Shown: positions 62,851-64,000 of the stretch, piece after piece
How the letters are laid out: each line of letters opens with the position of its first letter
How positions within the stretch are numbered: position 1 is the first letter of the stretch
Assembly (NCBI GenBank): GCA_018267055.1
Contig: JAFDZF010000120.1
Location: 4,416-68,415 of the forward strand
DNA from: Bacteroidota bacterium
GTDB taxonomy: Bacteria; Bacteroidota; Bacteroidia; Flavobacteriales_F; PHOS-HE28
DNA: 64,000 bases
Direction: 5' to 3'
Translations under genes and position numbers: made by a program
Notes under the pieces: model-generated
Told to the model about the DNA's origin: nothing
Databases searched by the model: none
Seen by the model: only the letters and a program-made list of their open reading frames with translations

Positions 62851-63234
62851 ATGAGGTTCCTGTACAAGCAGTTCCAGGCCAAGAAGAAGGAGATCATCGA
62901 GGTGGAGATCGACCAGCCCACCAAGGTGAAGTTCATGACGGCGTCCGAGTTCAAGAAGTACAAGAAGGGCAAGACCCACTCGTTCTTCGGCGGCCGCTTC
63001 GAGGAGTCGCCCATCCGGTTCGTGCTGCCCTTCGACAGCATGTGGAACGTGGTGATCGAGAAGGGCTCGTACCATGAGCCCATGCAGCTCGCGGCCAGCT
63101 GCCGCCTGATGATGCCGGACCGCCAGGTGATGAGCAGCATCGCCGCCGATGCGCCCGCCCACGTGCGTGCGCAGGGCTGGCTCGATGCCGGCGAGGTGGA
63201 GGCCATCAGCCAGGGCGGCCAGAGCGAGGGATGA
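62851..63234 (+). CDS. DUF1883-like protein
   Basis: MRFLYKQFQAKKKEIIEVEIDQPTKVKFMTASEFKKYKKGKTHSFFGG...PFDSMWNVVIE resembles the DUF1883 N-terminal beta-sandwich pattern (recalled from memory, not searched). Confidence 0.55.
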   Translation: MRFLYKQFQAKKKEIIEVEIDQPTKVKFMTASEFKKYKKGKTHSFFGGRFEESPIRFVLPFDSMWNVVIEKGSYHEPMQLAASCRLMMPDRQVMSSIAADAPAHVRAQGWLDAGEVEAISQGGQSEG

Positions 63235-63251
63235 TGTAGCCCGCCGATGCC

Positions 63252-63974
63252 ATGATCCACGCCAACGACGAACGCTTGCAGCGGCTGTTGATGGGGCAGG
63301 AGCGCTTCCTACAGGAAGTGCATGGCATCCTCGAGGAGGAACAGAAGAAGGACGACATCCTGCGGGCGGTCGTGCGCTCCGACGCGCGCCGCACCTCCAT
63401 GCGCGACGGCGTCAACCGCATCGCCCGCCTCGATCCCGACCGCGTGTTCCACGTCGGCAGCATCCGCCGCCTGTGCATCCGCTACCGCCTGCGCTTCCTG
63501 GACGCCGGCCGCTACCAGGGGGAACTGCCGCCCCGTGCGCTGTACGAGCTGCGGCGGCTGGAGGCCCGGGCCGAAGGGCCGTTGCGCGGGTTCAAGGTGA
63601 TGGCGCCCGCCAGCCGCTTCACCCTGTGCGACAGCGACGCGGACCCGCTGCTCTTCGTGCCCGTGGGCAAGGAGCATTACTACCTCGTGCACAAATGGGG
63701 CGGCGACCTCCGCTGGTACCGTGCCCTGCTCACCTGGCCGCTGCGCGATCCGCTGCGCTTGGCCGTTTCCGTCCTGCTGCTCGCCATGCTGGGGGCCGCG
63801 CTGCTGCCCACGTCGGTGCTCACCAACGTGCCCGATGCGGGCTGGTGGGGCATGCACCGCCTGCTGGCCCTGGCTTGGACCTGCATGGTGGCCGCCAGCT
63901 TCACCGTGTTCAGCTGGTTCGCCTTCTTCGGGCAGTTCAGCACCGACGCCTGGGACAGCAAGCACTTCAACTGA
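63252..63974 (+). CDS. hypothetical membrane protein (soluble N-domain + 2 C-terminal TM helices)
   Basis: It starts 17 nt after the DUF1883-like gene. The TM segments are LRLAVSVLLLAMLGAALLP and LLALAWTCMVAASFTVFSWFAFF. Confidence 0.65.
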   Translation: MIHANDERLQRLLMGQERFLQEVHGILEEEQKKDDILRAVVRSDARRTSMRDGVNRIARLDPDRVFHVGSIRRLCIRYRLRFLDAGRYQGELPPRALYELRRLEARAEGPLRGFKVMAPASRFTLCDSDADPLLFVPVGKEHYYLVHKWGGDLRWYRALLTWPLRDPLRLAVSVLLLAMLGAALLPTSVLTNVPDAGWWGMHRLLALAWTCMVAASFTVFSWFAFFGQFSTDAWDSKHFN

Positions 63975-64000
63975 AGCCCACCGCCGGCGCAGCAGCGTAG

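Overview
This is 64 kb of GC-rich chromosomal DNA (hand counts of typical 60-nt lines give about 65-70% GC). It looks like a Bacteroidota (Flavobacteriia/Cytophagia-like) genome for three reasons. Eight proteins end in type-IX-secretion (T9SS) C-terminal sorting domains. First genes of operons are preceded by the Bacteroidota -7 promoter box (TAnnTTTG, here mostly TAnnTTCG). No Shine-Dalgarno-type leaders are visible. I call 59 protein-coding genes on both strands, with very high coding density, plus one tRNA-Arg(CCG). I saw no rRNA, CRISPR array, transposase, integrase, phage gene or plasmid gene. The content is mostly housekeeping and envelope functions: M1 aminopeptidase, fused E1 2-oxoacid dehydrogenase, TypA/BipA, HisS, HutH, RsmE, AcpH, an MltF-like transglycosylase, a MacB-type ABC exporter with adaptor, TerC, Skp/OstA-like proteins, a LytS/LytTR pair, a di-haem peroxidase, an SDR and a USP. 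The many long extra ORFs in the six-frame track are antisense or out-of-frame shadows expected at this GC content. The most noteworthy observations are: (i) a four-gene lipoprotein operon (DUF4476-like, TPR+CsgG-like, two LPP20-like; 17.4-22.0 kb) that looks like an uncharacterised outer-membrane assembly; (ii) a VWA + ChlI/MoxR-like AAA+ pair (52.9-55.5 kb); (iii) an arr (rifampin ADP-ribosyltransferase) homologue translationally coupled between hisS and hutH; (iv) T9SS cargo with unusual heads (a PPAD/agmatine-deiminase-like enzyme, a cupredoxin, a CGPC thioredoxin fold, tandem PDZ); (v) a compositionally atypical PKD/T9SS gene; (vi) -7 boxes only 4-12 nt from many start codons, which implies leaderless mRNAs. 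I did not find a compelling defence island, mobile element or clearly new system. The candidates above are hypotheses from motif recognition only; no database search was possible.
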